Assembly (NCBI RefSeq): GCF_040938485.1
Contig: NW_027270922.1
Span: forward strand, 124,001 to 188,000
Length of the DNA: 64,000 nt
Reading direction: 5' to 3'
Source: Diadema antillarum
Lineage: Eukaryota
In this document: piece after piece, positions 32,942-46,697 of the stretch
Position numbering within the stretch: position 1 is the stretch's first letter
How the letters are laid out: the number at the start of each line of letters is the position of its first letter
Notes under the pieces: model-generated
What the model was told of the DNA's origin: nothing
Database searches by the model: none
The model's input: the letters and a program-made list of their open reading frames with translations, nothing else
Made by a program: the position numbers and the translations under genes

Positions 32942-35928
32942 AAGGACACCATCAATCGGGTTTTCACATCTCCTACATCTCAGATGTTCTACTGTTGCTG
33001 TGTTGGGATCTATCACCAAAAAAGTAGAGAGTAAAACAAATAAGTTAACTTTTTATGCTAATTTTGGACTATAGTTAGTAGTTTTCTATGTCGTGGTTAT
33101 GGTAATATTTATCATTGCTATTGGGAAAAAATAGTTAAACAATGGAAGTAAGTAAAGTGCAAAATGAAATTTAAAAGAAAAATCATCTGTTTGGACCTCA
33201 GGCTAGTGTTTAAGTATAGACCAAAGTAACTTGAGTAAATGAAATCGATCCATCTTAACATATTCAGCGCCTAATAAGAGAGTCTGGTGAAACAATAAAT
33301 ATCCATATTTTTTAATTTTCATCAGATTGTAATAAGCAGGTCATCGATTCTCTTAACTTGATTCGCCTGTACTCATAAAAGCCAAGGTGGCAGAACATAA
33401 TTGTTTTCGTTAGGGAGAGAAAAAGGGGGCATTATAATGCCATGATCAACGTTGGGTATGTAATCATATAAACATACGAACATAGTATATATAATGATGT
33501 GTACAGATATAAAAATACATAATTTGCCGTATAAAGAAAATGTATTTTATTGTAAATCTGTATATTAATGTGTGATATAATTGTATATTAAGGTGTTGTT
33601 GTTGGGTTGGGTTTTTTTTTTTTAGGGGGAAGGAGGCATATAAACTTTTTCAATTAAATTAATTGAAAGGCAGAGGTCGAATATCCAAAACGATAGAGAA
33701 ATGTTTGAGGAGTATTACTCCTAAAATGCAAACAAGGTCGTCGACATTAGATTTGTATTTTCTGTTAAGAAACTCCTTTACTGGGCTCTATCTGATATCA
33801 TTAATTTTCCTCTCGATCTGATGAGAGAACTCTATTCATTATGGTGTCAGTGGTGCGGTGTAATACGGTTGGCGGCAGCTGTAACCTTAACGTACATGCC
33901 AATAGAGGAGTTGAATCGTAAATGTCGTGCTGTGATATACTGTAAAACGATATTACATTTCCTTGCTCATTTATGCGTATAAATAGAATGTCATTATGAC
34001 TATAGAATGCCATAGATCGGCTTAGAATGCGAGAGCACAAATTGAGTGAGCTTAGAAAATTTGCACAGGGTCCTTGCACTGTAGTTCCTACATGCGTTGC
34101 TTGCACGCCTCTCCCCGAAAAGATAGCGGGAGAGAGAAGACGGAAGGAAGGGGTGAGGTAAAACCTTCACAGCCATCCGCCCTCATCCGTCGATTGCAGA
34201 ATATGGAATTTATCTCTGTCATCCACGGATAAATCTGTGCTATCATCATCATAAGCATTAAAAAAGTAGCGCCAGCTACGAGGGAGGCGATGCTAAAATT
34301 ACCAAGGAAGAATATTGTTAATGTAGCTTCAGACAGATTCGAGGGATTTCTTTTTCTTTTCCTCAAGTACCCTTCACGTATTTGCCTATGATCACCTGTC
34401 CCTAAAAGGGTGAAGGCGTAAGTGGTAATTGTTATATTGAGATTTGATTCAAAATAAGTTTGCGTATCGAAAAGAACGATTCATGAAATTATGAGTACTT
34501 GTGTATGTTATGTTGTATAATTCACATGTTTTTCATATAAGAACATTGTAAGCAATGTAACACTTATACCAAGACATAAATAAAGACATGTGAATAGACA
34601 TTCTCGAATGATTGTCATAATTATGTTATATACTTTATTCATATCTATTTCATTTTGTTATAGCGTGCAAATATTTCATAGTTGTCTATTGCAATAGATA
34701 TGAATTACGAGGATATCTGCATATGTTTCATTGGTACTTTGTGATTTGTACAAATAGCAGTCGAGCATTACTTACTGAAAATTGTCAGTTTCGCTATTTC
34801 CTGAGTATATTGTTAAGTGGATACATTTTCTTTTTCTTTTTTTTCAAGCGAGCTCCTATGAATTGTCATTCTCATGATGACTACCATGTATGTTCTGGCC
34901 ACTCTTCCTTTCGCCCTTGAGTATGGAATGAAGCAAGACCTGTGATTAAAGAAAATCATGAAAACAATCACGTATTCCCCTAAGGATGGGCACTTTTGGG
35001 ACAAAAAAGATACGGTGGAGGACACCGTCCCCTTTCAATTTGCTAGCACACAAGAGTGAGGGGCTAAACACACTTTTCAGATTTAAATATGCCCCCTTCG
35101 TTAAATGCATAAACAAACTGTGTCTTCAAAATGTGACACGCCACACTTAGGCGATTAGGGGCAAAAACAAACAAGGATAACTGAAAACAGAAATCACATG
35201 CATGAATAGAAAATATATTAGTTTATAGGGCCTATACATAAAATGATTTTACACAGTATATGGTTACACTTTGTTTTTGGATATTTCACCAATTTCAAAA
35301 CTGATTTCCATCAAATAAACTTGATTTTTCTTAGAATTATATGCTCTTTGATATTTCCTAGAAGTGGTTTCTAATTGTCCCGCAGAAAGTTAAAATGGGA
35401 ATCCCCATCACAACCAAAACTTTACCATCCCTTTGACATTTGCACATAATTAGCATGAAACAGATATATAAACATTTAACACCATAAAGATAAAGAAAGC
35501 AGGACCCCCCCCCCCCCCCCCATCCCCGCCCGTATGGAACCACAGTGCTGGGATATAGGCCTATGTCTGATCCGTCAACACGGAGATCTGCGTGTGTGAG
35601 CAATGCCCCATGTCAACGTGAAGGCATGATCTTTCCTACCTATACAGAATGAGAATAATCATTGAACTGGTAGGGGGACCTTCAGAGACGAAAAAAGAGA
35701 GACAGCTAGAGCATAGAACAGAGAGGTACATGATAGATATAATATATCTATCTACATGATAGATATAGTATAGTGCTATGATTTAATTAATAATTACATA
35801 AATTTATTTATATGTAATTCTCCAAATTATAGCACTACAAAAAAACAAAAACAAGTGGGACTTCTAGATTTGCCGTGGATATCTTCAATGATTAAGCTCG
35901 TCTTTTAACTAATGGAAGTTAATTCCAG

Positions 35929-36209
35929 GGTTACAGCTCGTTATTCCGAAGGTTCGTTATTCCGAAGGCTCTTTATTCCTAAGATTCGTTATTCCGAAAG
36001 TTCATTGTTCCGAATTTCATTTTCGGATTAACCAATCTTCGGAATAACGAACCTTCGGAATAACGCCACAAATTTTCGGATTAACGAACCCTTTTTCATT
36101 TTCGGATTAACGAATTTCTAGGTACAGGGAATTTGCGTGTTTCATATTAACGACCCTTCGAAATAACGAACCTTCGGAACAGCGAACCTTCGGAATAACG
36201 AACAGCACC
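35929..36209. mobile_element. 281-bp foldback-like element of internal TTCGTTATTCCGAAGG repeats, 9-bp TSD (TAATTCCAG)
   Basis: Repeats face inward from both ends; empty site GAATTCCAGAGCAC near 16955-16970. Confidence 0.75.
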
Positions 36210-36462
36210 TAATTCCAGAGCACTGGAGCTGTACACTGGACATATAATTTACCTGTCACCTAGTTTAGCCTGTGTTCTTCAAGAGGGAACTTTCAAAAGT
36301 AATTCATCATTTATTGAGGCCATCAGATTACGAGAATGAAAGCTGCATGGCTCTGTAAGAAAGAAGAATGATGTCACTTGATAGCTTGGACAGTGCTCAA
36401 TCAGTTCTTTGTACACAAGAGAACTTTAAAAACGATTCAGTACACATATAAAATAGAGGCTG

Positions 36463-36778
36463 TAATTAATCAGTGGGAACGCTGGGGGATAATTATTTCC
36501 ATCCTTGTGGGATCAGTTTATGAGTACATTATATATCTATTGTTGTGTGAAAATTGTTTGCTTCAGAATGGTCTCACATTGATGTGCAGTTTAGTGTTTT
36601 CAGGTTAGCATGCCTGTACAGTGATTAGGCATTAAACTGCACATTACTTGAATACTTGAATACTTTTCACACAACAATTATATAAATGTACTCATAAATG
36701 AATCCCACAAGAATTGGAACAATCACCCCCAGCATTCCCACTGAATCCCACTGATCAGTTATTAGCCATCCCCTTTAA
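36463..36778. mobile_element. Inserted repeat upstream of gene C (same family as 10-110)
   Basis: Absent at the matching site upstream of B (about 17190-17215); internal inverted repeat CAGTGGGAACGCTGGGGG / CCCCCAGCATTCCCACTG; ends CCCCT+TTAA. Confidence 0.5.
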
Positions 36779-38485
36779 AAGAAAGACACAGCATCATCAA
36801 AAGTGCATTTGTGTGTAATTGACAGTGCAAGACAGCGTGAATTTTAATGTGATATTTTGAGTGTATAAGGTATACGCATGAGTGAATGATACAATATGCA
36901 ATCAGTAATCATTGGCAAAGAGGAGGACGGACGAGAATGAGTGAAACCTGTATACTTAAAAGAGACCTCCGGATGATTTTCAGATTTTTACATTTTAACA
37001 ACTATAAATTAGTTATACTGAGGACAGAGTTTCAGAATATATGATAATTGGGATGAAGAATAAGAATATTTTCAAAATTTAGAACAAATTGGAATGAACA
37101 AGGATGATGACATGGCAGAGTCACCATAAAAATGCGTGAGTTGGGGCTCAAGGAAGCAGAACAAAAGAAGTAGACATGCATATAAATTATTATACACAGG
37201 TGAACTTGCAAGCAAGCGGTATTGTAATGGAATTACCCTGTTACATTTCTGAAATATGTGAACCTCCTAGTCGTCAACCTTGTTCAGTGTAATTTGTTTT
37301 AAGGTTTTTCAAAGTATTGTTTCTCTGCTCAAGAACCACAATAAATTCCACAAATCAATACATGGAGTTGTCGATATATGTACTTCTTATGTGGAGTTAT
37401 GAAAATCGTCTGGAATGCCCCTTTAAAGATTTGGGATGAAATACGTGTATTATTCACTTGATCATATGTTTTTATTGAGAAGTCATGTTTATATTTTCGT
37501 GACTTGTGAACCCGCTTGTGAATATGTTCTATATTGTCATACATATTTTTCTTTTGTACAGGTGGAGAAAATTAATGAAACTTATTGAAACTGAAAAACT
37601 GAACGGAAAATAAAATTACATTTTGTTGTGGTTAAGGGCTGACCAAGACTTGAAGAAAAAGAACAAATCTACAAAGAACAAATTGATATTTTAACTGGGT
37701 ACATATTTCGAAAAAAAAAATACTTTCGTAGATGGGCCTTAGAAGAAAAAAAAAAGTGAATTAAATACACTGCTTTCGTTTACATTGTTCCAGACGTCGG
37801 ATCCGTAATGTCTGATTGATTCCTGGGTCAAGACAGTTTTGGGAACTTTTGATAATTATACTTCCTTAATTTTGAGTAATGTTATTAAATCTATCTTTAT
37901 TTCAAGTCTCATTCATACGTGCCAAAATGTTTTGCACAAAAAGCGGATTCCCCTTTTAAGATCTCGCTGTAGCCTATAGTCATGTAAAATATTTAATTAT
38001 AATGACCAGTACAGACAAACAAGACCACTCGAGAGAAGGACATTCGTGACAGGAGTGAAATATACAGCATGCCAGTTAGTTATCTATGTTGCCGTTATCT
38101 ATACTACACACAAATACAAAGTATCTGAATGCTGCACCCTCTTGTCATACATAAAAACGGCCGTAATCTGTTTAAGTGGACTGAAACCCGTTTGCAAGTA
38201 CTGCTTCACGACACACAATTAACCATCTTTCAAACCACCACACAATATTGACTGTGCTATATAACGGATAAGTAGTACATGTACTTACATTGCTTATGTC
38301 GCCTCAATGAATTCGCTCATTTTAAGTGGGAAGACATTTCTAGGTCAACGACAGTAGTGCAATGTGAATGGCCACTGCAAGAGAAAAGAAAAGACAGCGA
38401 TACAACGCACTTGTTTTACACTGCTCATTCGAGACCATAGAGTTTAATAATGCAGGCTGAGAGAAGACACCACGGAGCTCATACC

Positions 38486-38548
38486 ATGAAGGTTGATATT
38501 TTAGCATTTCATTCCCTCGTCTCTTTGATCTTATGCCGTTTCCAGAAG
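38486..38548 (+). pseudogene. Gene C signal-peptide exon with 1-bp deletion
   Basis: MKVDILAFHSLVSLILCR then CGTTTCCAGAAG|GT vs CGTTTTCCAGAAG|GT in B, changing phase 1 to phase 0. Confidence 0.75.
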
Positions 38549-39198
38549 GTAAGCGCCAGTTATAGAGTTACTTAGCATATCAGCGGTGGACAATATTTTT
38601 GTCAAACTTTTTTTTTTAATCTATGAATGTTAATTTTTGAAACTTAACAAGTGCTTCAGTATCCTGAAAATTACTCGCATTAAACAAAAATGTTCCATTT
38701 ATGACATGAAAGACTGACCATGATCAATAGAATAATGAAAATGCACAAAATATATATATGTATAATAAATAGGAATGATTTACAGCTCATGAAGATAGGT
38801 GAAGATGAAAAAATAATGGACTGGGATATGTAGCAAGTGGGTCTGCGTAGTCAATTTCCTGATATGTTTGGTTAATGACTTTATAACAAAGTAATTTAGA
38901 TTTTGGTTTTGTTTTGTTTCGTTTTGTTTTAACCGTGTCATACATGAAATAAACTGATGTCCTTGATACCTCCATTGAATTCCTCATGAATTACAAGGCA
39001 GCAATATGTGTGTATAGGTCTTGTTAGAAACTTATCACTGCATACTTTGGTTGCTTCGTGATTTTCCTCTTTTTAGGGGAAGAGGGGATGAAGAGGGTTT
39101 TCTAAAGGGAATTAATTCCACCGTGAAAATAACTTTGTTTGAATAGTCCTAGAAGCTGCCAGATTAGAGGAACAGGACAGTGAACAAATTCCGATCAG

Positions 39199-39337
39199 GG
39201 GCCCGTTCCATAAAACTTGTCATCAGTGACAACTGCCACATTTCTATGACAGATTTGCTCTCAGCCAATCAGATGCAAGGATTTCAGTAGCTTGTCACAT
39301 CTATGACAACTTGTCACTGACGACATGAAACGGGCCC
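39199..39337. mobile_element. 139-bp MITE, GGGCCCGTT TIRs, CAG TSD
   Basis: CAG-GGGCCCGTTCCAT...ATGAAACGGGCCC-CAG in gene C intron 1. Confidence 0.8.
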
Positions 39338-40236
39338 CAGAGCTGTGATAGTAATCAATCAAGCACAACAGGCAACTCCCTGACATATCATGTCAACTTT
39401 CACTGTCGCGATCCTCTAATTTTCGGCTTATGTCAACAGCCATTAATTTCAAGGTGGAGTTGACCTTGAAAGATTAGATTGAATATCGGTAAAACTAGCT
39501 GCTAGAAGCTGAAACCTCGAACTGAATACACGTGAACCCTCAAAATCTTACACAATGAAGTATCAACAGAAACAGAACAGAACAAAATGAAGAAAGCAGC
39601 AATTATGACAATGTAATGATAAAATGATGATGTTGATAATGATTATGATAGAAAATATGAGTATTAAATGTTAAAGATAATGATAATAATTTGATATGCA
39701 TGAAGATATTCTTTTAAGATATTTTAAGATCTTGTTTGCAGTAAAAGGAAATCGACAAAACACACACAAATATTTTTCCATTTCATTTCATTTCATTCAT
39801 TTCATTTCCAACAACATTTTCATACACAAAATAACACAACATCAATACAATGTAGTAACAAAGAAAAATACGTGAAGTTAACAATATACTACGCATCACA
39901 AAAGCGAATGAAAATTGAATCAAAACTAAAGTTGCAGGAAATGGAGGAGACATGCTAAAAAGCTAAGCTTGTATTTTGCAGTCTCGTGGACAAAAAGACT
40001 GAATAACATCAAAAAGCAATTAGCTAGACATAATGTAAAAGGTGCACAACACATACAAACCTATATAAACAAACAAACAGACGGACAAACAAACACAAGC
40101 AACCTCTCTTGTAAAGAGAAAGATAGAGAGAGAAAAACAAAACACAGTGAAGGAAAACGAGGAAAAGACCATGTTTTGACCATATTTTGACCATGTTGGC
40201 CTAATAGTCACATAGAGTTCTTAAAATCTTCGTCAG

Positions 40237-40605
40237 TAGGAACGGACGCGCTTACAGTGACAACTTCCATTCATGGCCAAGGGGTCGTGGGGTCCGATGT
40301 GGTCATCACATGCGAATATTATCCACAGTCCAGCAGATCTGATCATGGGATACACTATAACATGCGGTGGTTTGCTCATGATACCGAGCTGGTAAGTTGC
40401 AAGTTTGATGCCGCTTCGAATAGACCGCGGTGTGACTCACAGACGGAAGATTGTTCAAAGTACTCATTTACCGCTGATGGGTACCGTTCTGGGAGTATTA
40501 TCATAAAGCGACTCACCGAAGACGATGAAAATACGTACACCTGCCTTGTAACCACCACCTCTGGCATCGGTACCAGTAGAGCAAATCTCACCGTCACACA
40601 TCCGA
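40237..40605 (+). CDS. Gene C exon: V-type Ig domain (open)
   Basis: CAGTAG acceptor, A|GTAAGT donor; ITCEY...MRWF...DENTYTC. Confidence 0.85.
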
Positions 40606-42741
40606 GTAAGTCTACCATGTTTTCTTAGGTGGTGGCTATTTTTTTTTTTTTTACGAGACCATAATCAATCAGTACGTTCAGTCTCAATATTGTCTTCAGT
40701 GATTGTATTCATTTCTCATAAACGCTTATCTTATCCTAGATAAACTGTATGATAACATTATCGTGACCCTTTTGTCCTATCTTGTTTACTCTGGTTAGCA
40801 TGGATTTTTCTGTGTCTGTCTGTATGTGTGTGTCTGTGTCATCTTGTCCCATTGTTTCACTTGTACCTCTTTCTCTTGTCTGTTCTGAATCAGAATGCCC
40901 GTTCGTTTATATAGATACATACGCACATATCCATTTTCTTTTTCTTTTCTTTTTTTTTACTCGGGGAGCTTATACAAGCTCTACCTTTTTTTTTTCTTGC
41001 AAGTTCCTTCCATATTATGTCTTACTAGGTAAAGCTATTTCAACTCATAACGATTTCATTAAGGTCTAATCACGTGAATTAAGTGTATTCATGGTTGCAT
41101 GTAGGTGCGGCTGCAGATGTATTATACTCTTGTTATCATGGTTATACTATTGTTTGTATTCTTGTACTTGCTTCATGACATTTCACCTTCTTGTACAAAT
41201 AATCTGAAAGCTAATTTGCAATCATTTTGTATTTCTTTATATGGAAATGTATAAATGAGATGAATGAAATGAAATAATAAGTCGTACCAAAGCAAACCTT
41301 TCAGTGAGACTGAACATCTCCCAAAGCAAACTGGGCCAGACAGCGGCATTGAGTTTGTATTTTGTTTTCGCAACACTTGCTGAGAATACGATTGACAGAT
41401 AAATGCAAAAATTTGCCAAATTAATCATTACAACTTCTGTCGTTTATCTTGCCTCAGAAAAAAAAAAGCTAAATGTCTTATATACTTCATTATACTTCAA
41501 GATGCTCAATCCCAACACAAGTAATCTAAGTTGTTCGCTATATACTGGTATGAGACTAAGGGCAAGTACAAATCATTTTTCACATGTGGTGACGTATCTA
41601 TAGCTACGTTAGATCTAGTATGCCGTCCTGAATTTCAAGCGCCATTGTTGAAAATCATTTCCTATCTGAAGAATGTAAAAAACGGTCTGAAAATTAATTT
41701 GTAAGATGTGTGTGCCATCATCTCACATCCGTTTTATGACAGCTCCTTAAGACTTCGCCAAAGCACGCGCTTATATGAGCGAAACATGCTTTTTGTTTGA
41801 GGTACCCATGGCACAGTTTAGGAAAATGAGTCTGGATGCTTCTGGCGGCCTGCTTGAGCCGATTAAAACCATGTCATTGAGGCACGATGGAACGATGGGA
41901 CTATATGCGGCTAATATCGTAGCGTCGGGTTCACATGGTTGTCAAGTGTCACATGATAGTGATTACTAAACAGTAGAATCACGTTATTCGTCAAGAAACG
42001 AAATGTGAGGCAAAATCAAAATGAGTCTTTAATCCTTTAAATTCGTTGCTGTGAATAGCACCTTGTATTCATTTATTCGCGAATCTGTATCTTTTTGTAA
42101 TCTGACATCAAGGACACTATACAAAGGTTGATAATCTAGAAATCGACACTTTACTAGTATCTTAGTAGTCTTTGTGAGTTTGTATTATGACCCATTCTCA
42201 AAGGTATAACCGGGGTTACTAATTAGTCCAGGGCGTACAGTTCCCTTTGTTTTATTGCATTAAGAGTACGGTCATACTTTTCCTAATTCTATTCGTCATA
42301 CACTGCGCACCACTGTCTCCAATTCACAAAGCAATGAAGATTATCGTTCCTATCATCGTATCTTATTTGACTCCGTAATGCAGCTGTCTTGCGCATTGTG
42401 CGCTTCCCTTGAAAAAAAAAATTCTATACGCAAGAAAGATGACAACTATTTTCAGAAACCTTTCGTGCATGTGCAGCCCCGAGGGTGCAGCCAACATCTC
42501 TAAGATGTTTTTGTCGTCCTCTTTGTCTTCATCCCTCTTTTTTGATACCCTTCTTTTTACCTCATCAGCACACATAGACATACTCCATGTATACTTCTAT
42601 GATAATGCATTGGCCTACATACCCTTTCCGTGTCCCACAGGGTGCACTTGACTGCCATTTACAGATTTTGTCGTTTCATTGATTGTACTATAATTTTTTT
42701 CTTCTGATTTTTGTTTTTGTTTTTGTTTTTGTTAAAAGTAG

Positions 42742-43397
42742 TAAGGTTGCCAGATACTCTGGAATTAGGGAGCTTTAGATTTTGACGCGCGGACGTTTGA
42801 GACGACGAGTGCGCTGGACGTTCTCCTCTCCCTGCGTCGTGTGGAAAAGTAGCTTTAGATAACGCTGGGACGCAACGTATAAAAAATACAATCGCGCCCC
42901 CATATGATCAGTGCATGAAGAAGCTCTCTACGTCGCAAACTGTGCGGACGTGAAAATAGCCCAGTACGCGTAGTGAAAAACTCAGGCGACGCAAGCTAAA
43001 AATAGATTGACTTTACGCGCGCTACTGCGCACGCTCAGAACATGTTTTTTTCCTTTGAACGTCCGCGCGCCTAAAATCTAAAGCTCCCTATTGACTGGTG
43101 CTGACAACCTCCAAGCTAACCTATCTCAGACGATCATGTGCACTTCTGCGGGCAGCTACCCGGCCCCGACCTTCCACTGGTACATTGATACCCGAGAAGT
43201 CACTGCTGACGCCGTAACCCTCCCACCCGAAACCCATGGGCAGGGTGGGGGTGGACGGGTCGTCAACGCAACGAGTATTCTCACTTACAGGCCTTCTCGA
43301 GGGGACCACGGTAAAAGCCTGATTTGCAAGCTGAGTCTTTCCGACTCGTCTTCCAAAGTGACTGTTGTGAATTCTTCGGTCATCCTCGAAATTCACG
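42742..43397 (+). pseudogene. Gene C C2-type Ig exon interrupted by MITE (42767-43089)
   Basis: RLPDTLE / insertion / LTGADNLQ...; removing the element and one ATT restores exactly 330 nt. Confidence 0.85.
42767..43089. mobile_element. 323-bp MITE inside the gene C C2 exon, about 31-bp TIRs, 3-bp TSD ATT
   Basis: ATT-AGGGAGCTTTAGATTTT..CGCGCGGACGTT ... AACGTCCGCGCG..AAAATCTAAAGCTCCCT-ATT. Confidence 0.9.
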
Positions 43398-43513
43398 GTG
43401 AGCCTGCAAGGCAAACATACGAATTATTCTCTCTTGTGTACTTCTGTCGTTTTTGCAGGTTTTACCTCTATATGTGTATGCAATCATAATGTCTTTACCA
43501 TCCTTTCTTGTAG

Positions 43514-43834
43514 ATCCACCATTAATATTTGACCGACAAGCCTCGACCAACTGGAACGGTGAGAGTTGCATCGCCTCCCTGTCGTGCTCGTCCGACGCCA
43601 ACCCACCAGTTAATCACTTTCGCTGGCTCAAGGTTGGAGCAGAACGCGTCTTTAACTCAAGTCGGACTCGTCACTTCATTCATACTCCCGGAGGATTGCG
43701 TGACAACGAGAGAATCGGAACACTTCTCATCGAAGACGTCCAGGGCTTCGACTACGGCTCTTATCAGTGCATAGTCTATGATGAGGAAGGAGAGAGGAAT
43801 TTGACGAGTGCAACGCTATCTCTTCTTAAACCAA
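43514..43834 (+). CDS. Gene C exon: third Ig domain
   Basis: CTTGTAG acceptor, A|GTAAGC donor, 321 nt. Confidence 0.85.
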
Positions 43835-44552
43835 GTAAGCGTAAACTGGCCGGAGGAGGGGCGTTGAAGAGGAGGGGGAGAGCAATGAGGAAAATGCTTA
43901 GCACATGCTTCTATGGATTTCCTCCTTGTGTACCAATGGTGTTGTTGCTGTATTATTCTACTTTTGTCCATGTATCTTTTCTTTTAATAATTGAAATAGT
44001 ATGTCGGAATATACATAGGCCGGTTGTATGCCTAACAATACATTCAGGTAATTGTTACCGTCAACCGAATGTTTTAACAAGTAGTTTCCAGCATAGCAAC
44101 ATCTCATGAATGAATCCAAGATTCCATGAAATGAAGTGTATAATTCAACAATTACTTGCTGCTTGGTTCTAAAAGAATTTACCATAGGTAGTCTCCTGTA
44201 ACCGTTGTCATACATTATACAAAAGAAAAGGAACTAAATGTACTGCACAGGCGTGTCGGAGATTTCGTGTTTGTCATAATGAAATGGCGATCAGACAACA
44301 GAAGGTTGATTATGCTTACCAAGTGATTTCAGGATAGTTAATGTTCCATTAATTTCCGTTAATGTTCCATAGGTGAAACATATACATGTATAATTGCCAG
44401 ATGGCTGGTGAGAGATTAAATCTGGAGCAATAAATAATCACACTCAGCAAGGATAAATCATCATAATTACGCCTTTACAGCAAACCTTTTATTTCTTTCT
44501 ACAAATCATATACGAATGCACGAAAATGTTTGATGCTTTCCCGATACGCCAG

Positions 44553-44837
44553 GCCAGTCATACCAACCAAACATCACGACCTATCCCGGCAGAGCGTCAT
44601 CATCCTCCATCTACGTTGCTTGGCAACCAAACCGCAATGACAGCATGGATGGCACAGGCAGAGTAGAATACTGCCCTGTTAATACGTCAGAGGAGGACTG
44701 CAACACCACCACCAGTGCGTCAGGTGCAAATACCACCTTGACCGGACTCCAGTCGTTCACCTGGTATCGATTGACTCTTAACTTTACAAACTGCTCTGGG
44801 ACTTTCACCACCCAACCCTTGCTGGCATCGACAGCTC
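44553..44837 (+). CDS. Gene C exon: FN3 domain
   Basis: GCCAG acceptor, C|GTAAGG donor, 285 nt open. Confidence 0.85.
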
Positions 44838-45331
44838 GTAAGGATGGTTTTCAATTTTTGTTTTCATAAATAGAGAATAATAAAGATAACTTTGTCTTAG
44901 GACTGTTTATAATCTAAATCATTTATCAATCTTCAGCACTCCATGAGTGGAGCATCGTTTGCAAATAGTTTTTACTGAACTGCTCATGCTTTCATCGGTA
45001 TTGAAGCGAAAGAATATTATATCCTTAATATACATGAGTTCTAGTCTTAGAAAATCCCCCAGAAATGACTTAGAAGGGATGACTGTGTAAAGTCACAAAA
45101 GTTTATCAAGGCCTGGATTGTTTAGATATTGAGAAAGAGATTCAGCATGATTTTATATCAAGCAGACGTACATCAATGTTGTGAGGAGATAAGGCTGTCG
45201 TCAAATATTATGTTTTTATGATTGACTGTTGGCAGTATCACTGCTTTATGGCAAGCATGCCAAAAAGGTTTTTGAAATTAATTCTTTTTTTTTGTTATTC
45301 TTATTCCATCTGCTTCATGATCATGATGAAG

Positions 45332-45352
45332 CCTTGTCACCCGCTGAATATG
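45332..45352 (+). CDS. Gene C 21-nt micro-exon (PLSPAEY)
   Basis: AAG|CCTTGTCACCCGCTGAATATG|GTAAGT; identical to B. Confidence 0.7.
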
Positions 45353-46436
45353 GTAAGTATTTTTATTGATAGTTTAAAAGCAATGTTCTTCTCTTTATAA
45401 TCCATCTCTTCTTAAAATATGTAACTAATATTTGTGCAATATGCCATCCTTAAGAACAACATACATGAACACGGTAATGTTGCTAGGAATGTATTCTTAT
45501 ATCCCTATGATTGCATGATCATCTTGTTTGCAATGTTAGTGACTGTGTAAACGAAACAAAAAAAATGGCTACCGGTCAGTTTTGCGAACTAATATGATAA
45601 ACTCGTGTATGAAAATTTGCATTATAAGACTTGCCAGTGCAACACTGATTTTATTGGCTGGCTGAATTTTATTTCTCACACTGCCAGAGAAAGGTACAGT
45701 AATGCCTGGTTGTGGCTTTCTGCTATAGGGTCTATTCTTTCTCATCTCGTGCACGGCTCCCAGCCAGGCATGTTGTCTTCTACTTTTTATTTCCCTTCGT
45801 TTCATTTTTAGTCGATGGCAACTTAGCATTATATTCTGAATAGTTATATCTTAGGCAAAGTTATTATGATGTACATGCAAATTTGTACACCTGGACCGCA
45901 TGCATAGAAGATCTGCTGCTGAATATGGGCTATCCATCCATTCTGTCAGAAACAACAACAACAACAACAACAAATCAAACACACAAACAATCGATACATA
46001 TTATTGTGTAGTCTTCCCCACACTGGTCATTCATCTATCATGTTTATGGTATATTTTTCATAAGCAGCAGCGAACATATTTTATCGTCTCACTTTTGGGA
46101 ATCTCCCCTTTCATTGTCAGACACACATCTAAAAATATCAAATCTGGATATCGTTCTCGATGGTAAGAATGACTTACAAAATCTGCAAATGTACGAACTT
46201 CTTTCGGCGCATGTGTTTCTTATCTCTTAAAGAAGAAAGATGCATAGGAACATCTCGTAACCATTTATCCAGAACAAGGCACTGACGATGTGTTTCACAG
46301 GTTTCCCTTGTGATATAGAGTATCTAACTTTAATAACCCTTCTCAAAATCCGGAAATTCTATAGCAAGAAGGAAGAGGGTCAATTCGGGTCAATTGTGGT
46401 AATCAATGGAAAATTCCTCTTTTTGCATTCTTAAAG

Positions 46437-46697
46437 GCATTCGTCTTGAGTACGACCTGACAAATGAGACTCTGACACTATCAAAATCTTGGTATAACCT
46501 CATCGTACCCGACGAGATTTCCTTCAAGCCTGTCGAGAGTTCAGATCCCGCAGACTACTGTTCGAGAAACAAGGACCAATGCGTTCCGGTTGGTTCCACT
46601 CTGCACAAAGTGGTCCCCCTGAAGAGTGGGTTTGTAGGCGTCGTCAGCTACGGTCGGCAAATTTGCAGCGTCCCGTCTTTCATTCGAGTTGAAGAAG
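46437..46697 (+). CDS. Gene C exon: domain X
   Basis: TTAAAG acceptor, G|GTCAGT donor, 261 nt; GIRLEYDLTNETL...ICSVPSFIRVEE. Confidence 0.85.

Noticed and set aside
35929-36209. Repeat array as CRISPR
   Set aside because: Eukaryotic context, no unique spacers, repeats inverted about the centre and flanked by a TSD.
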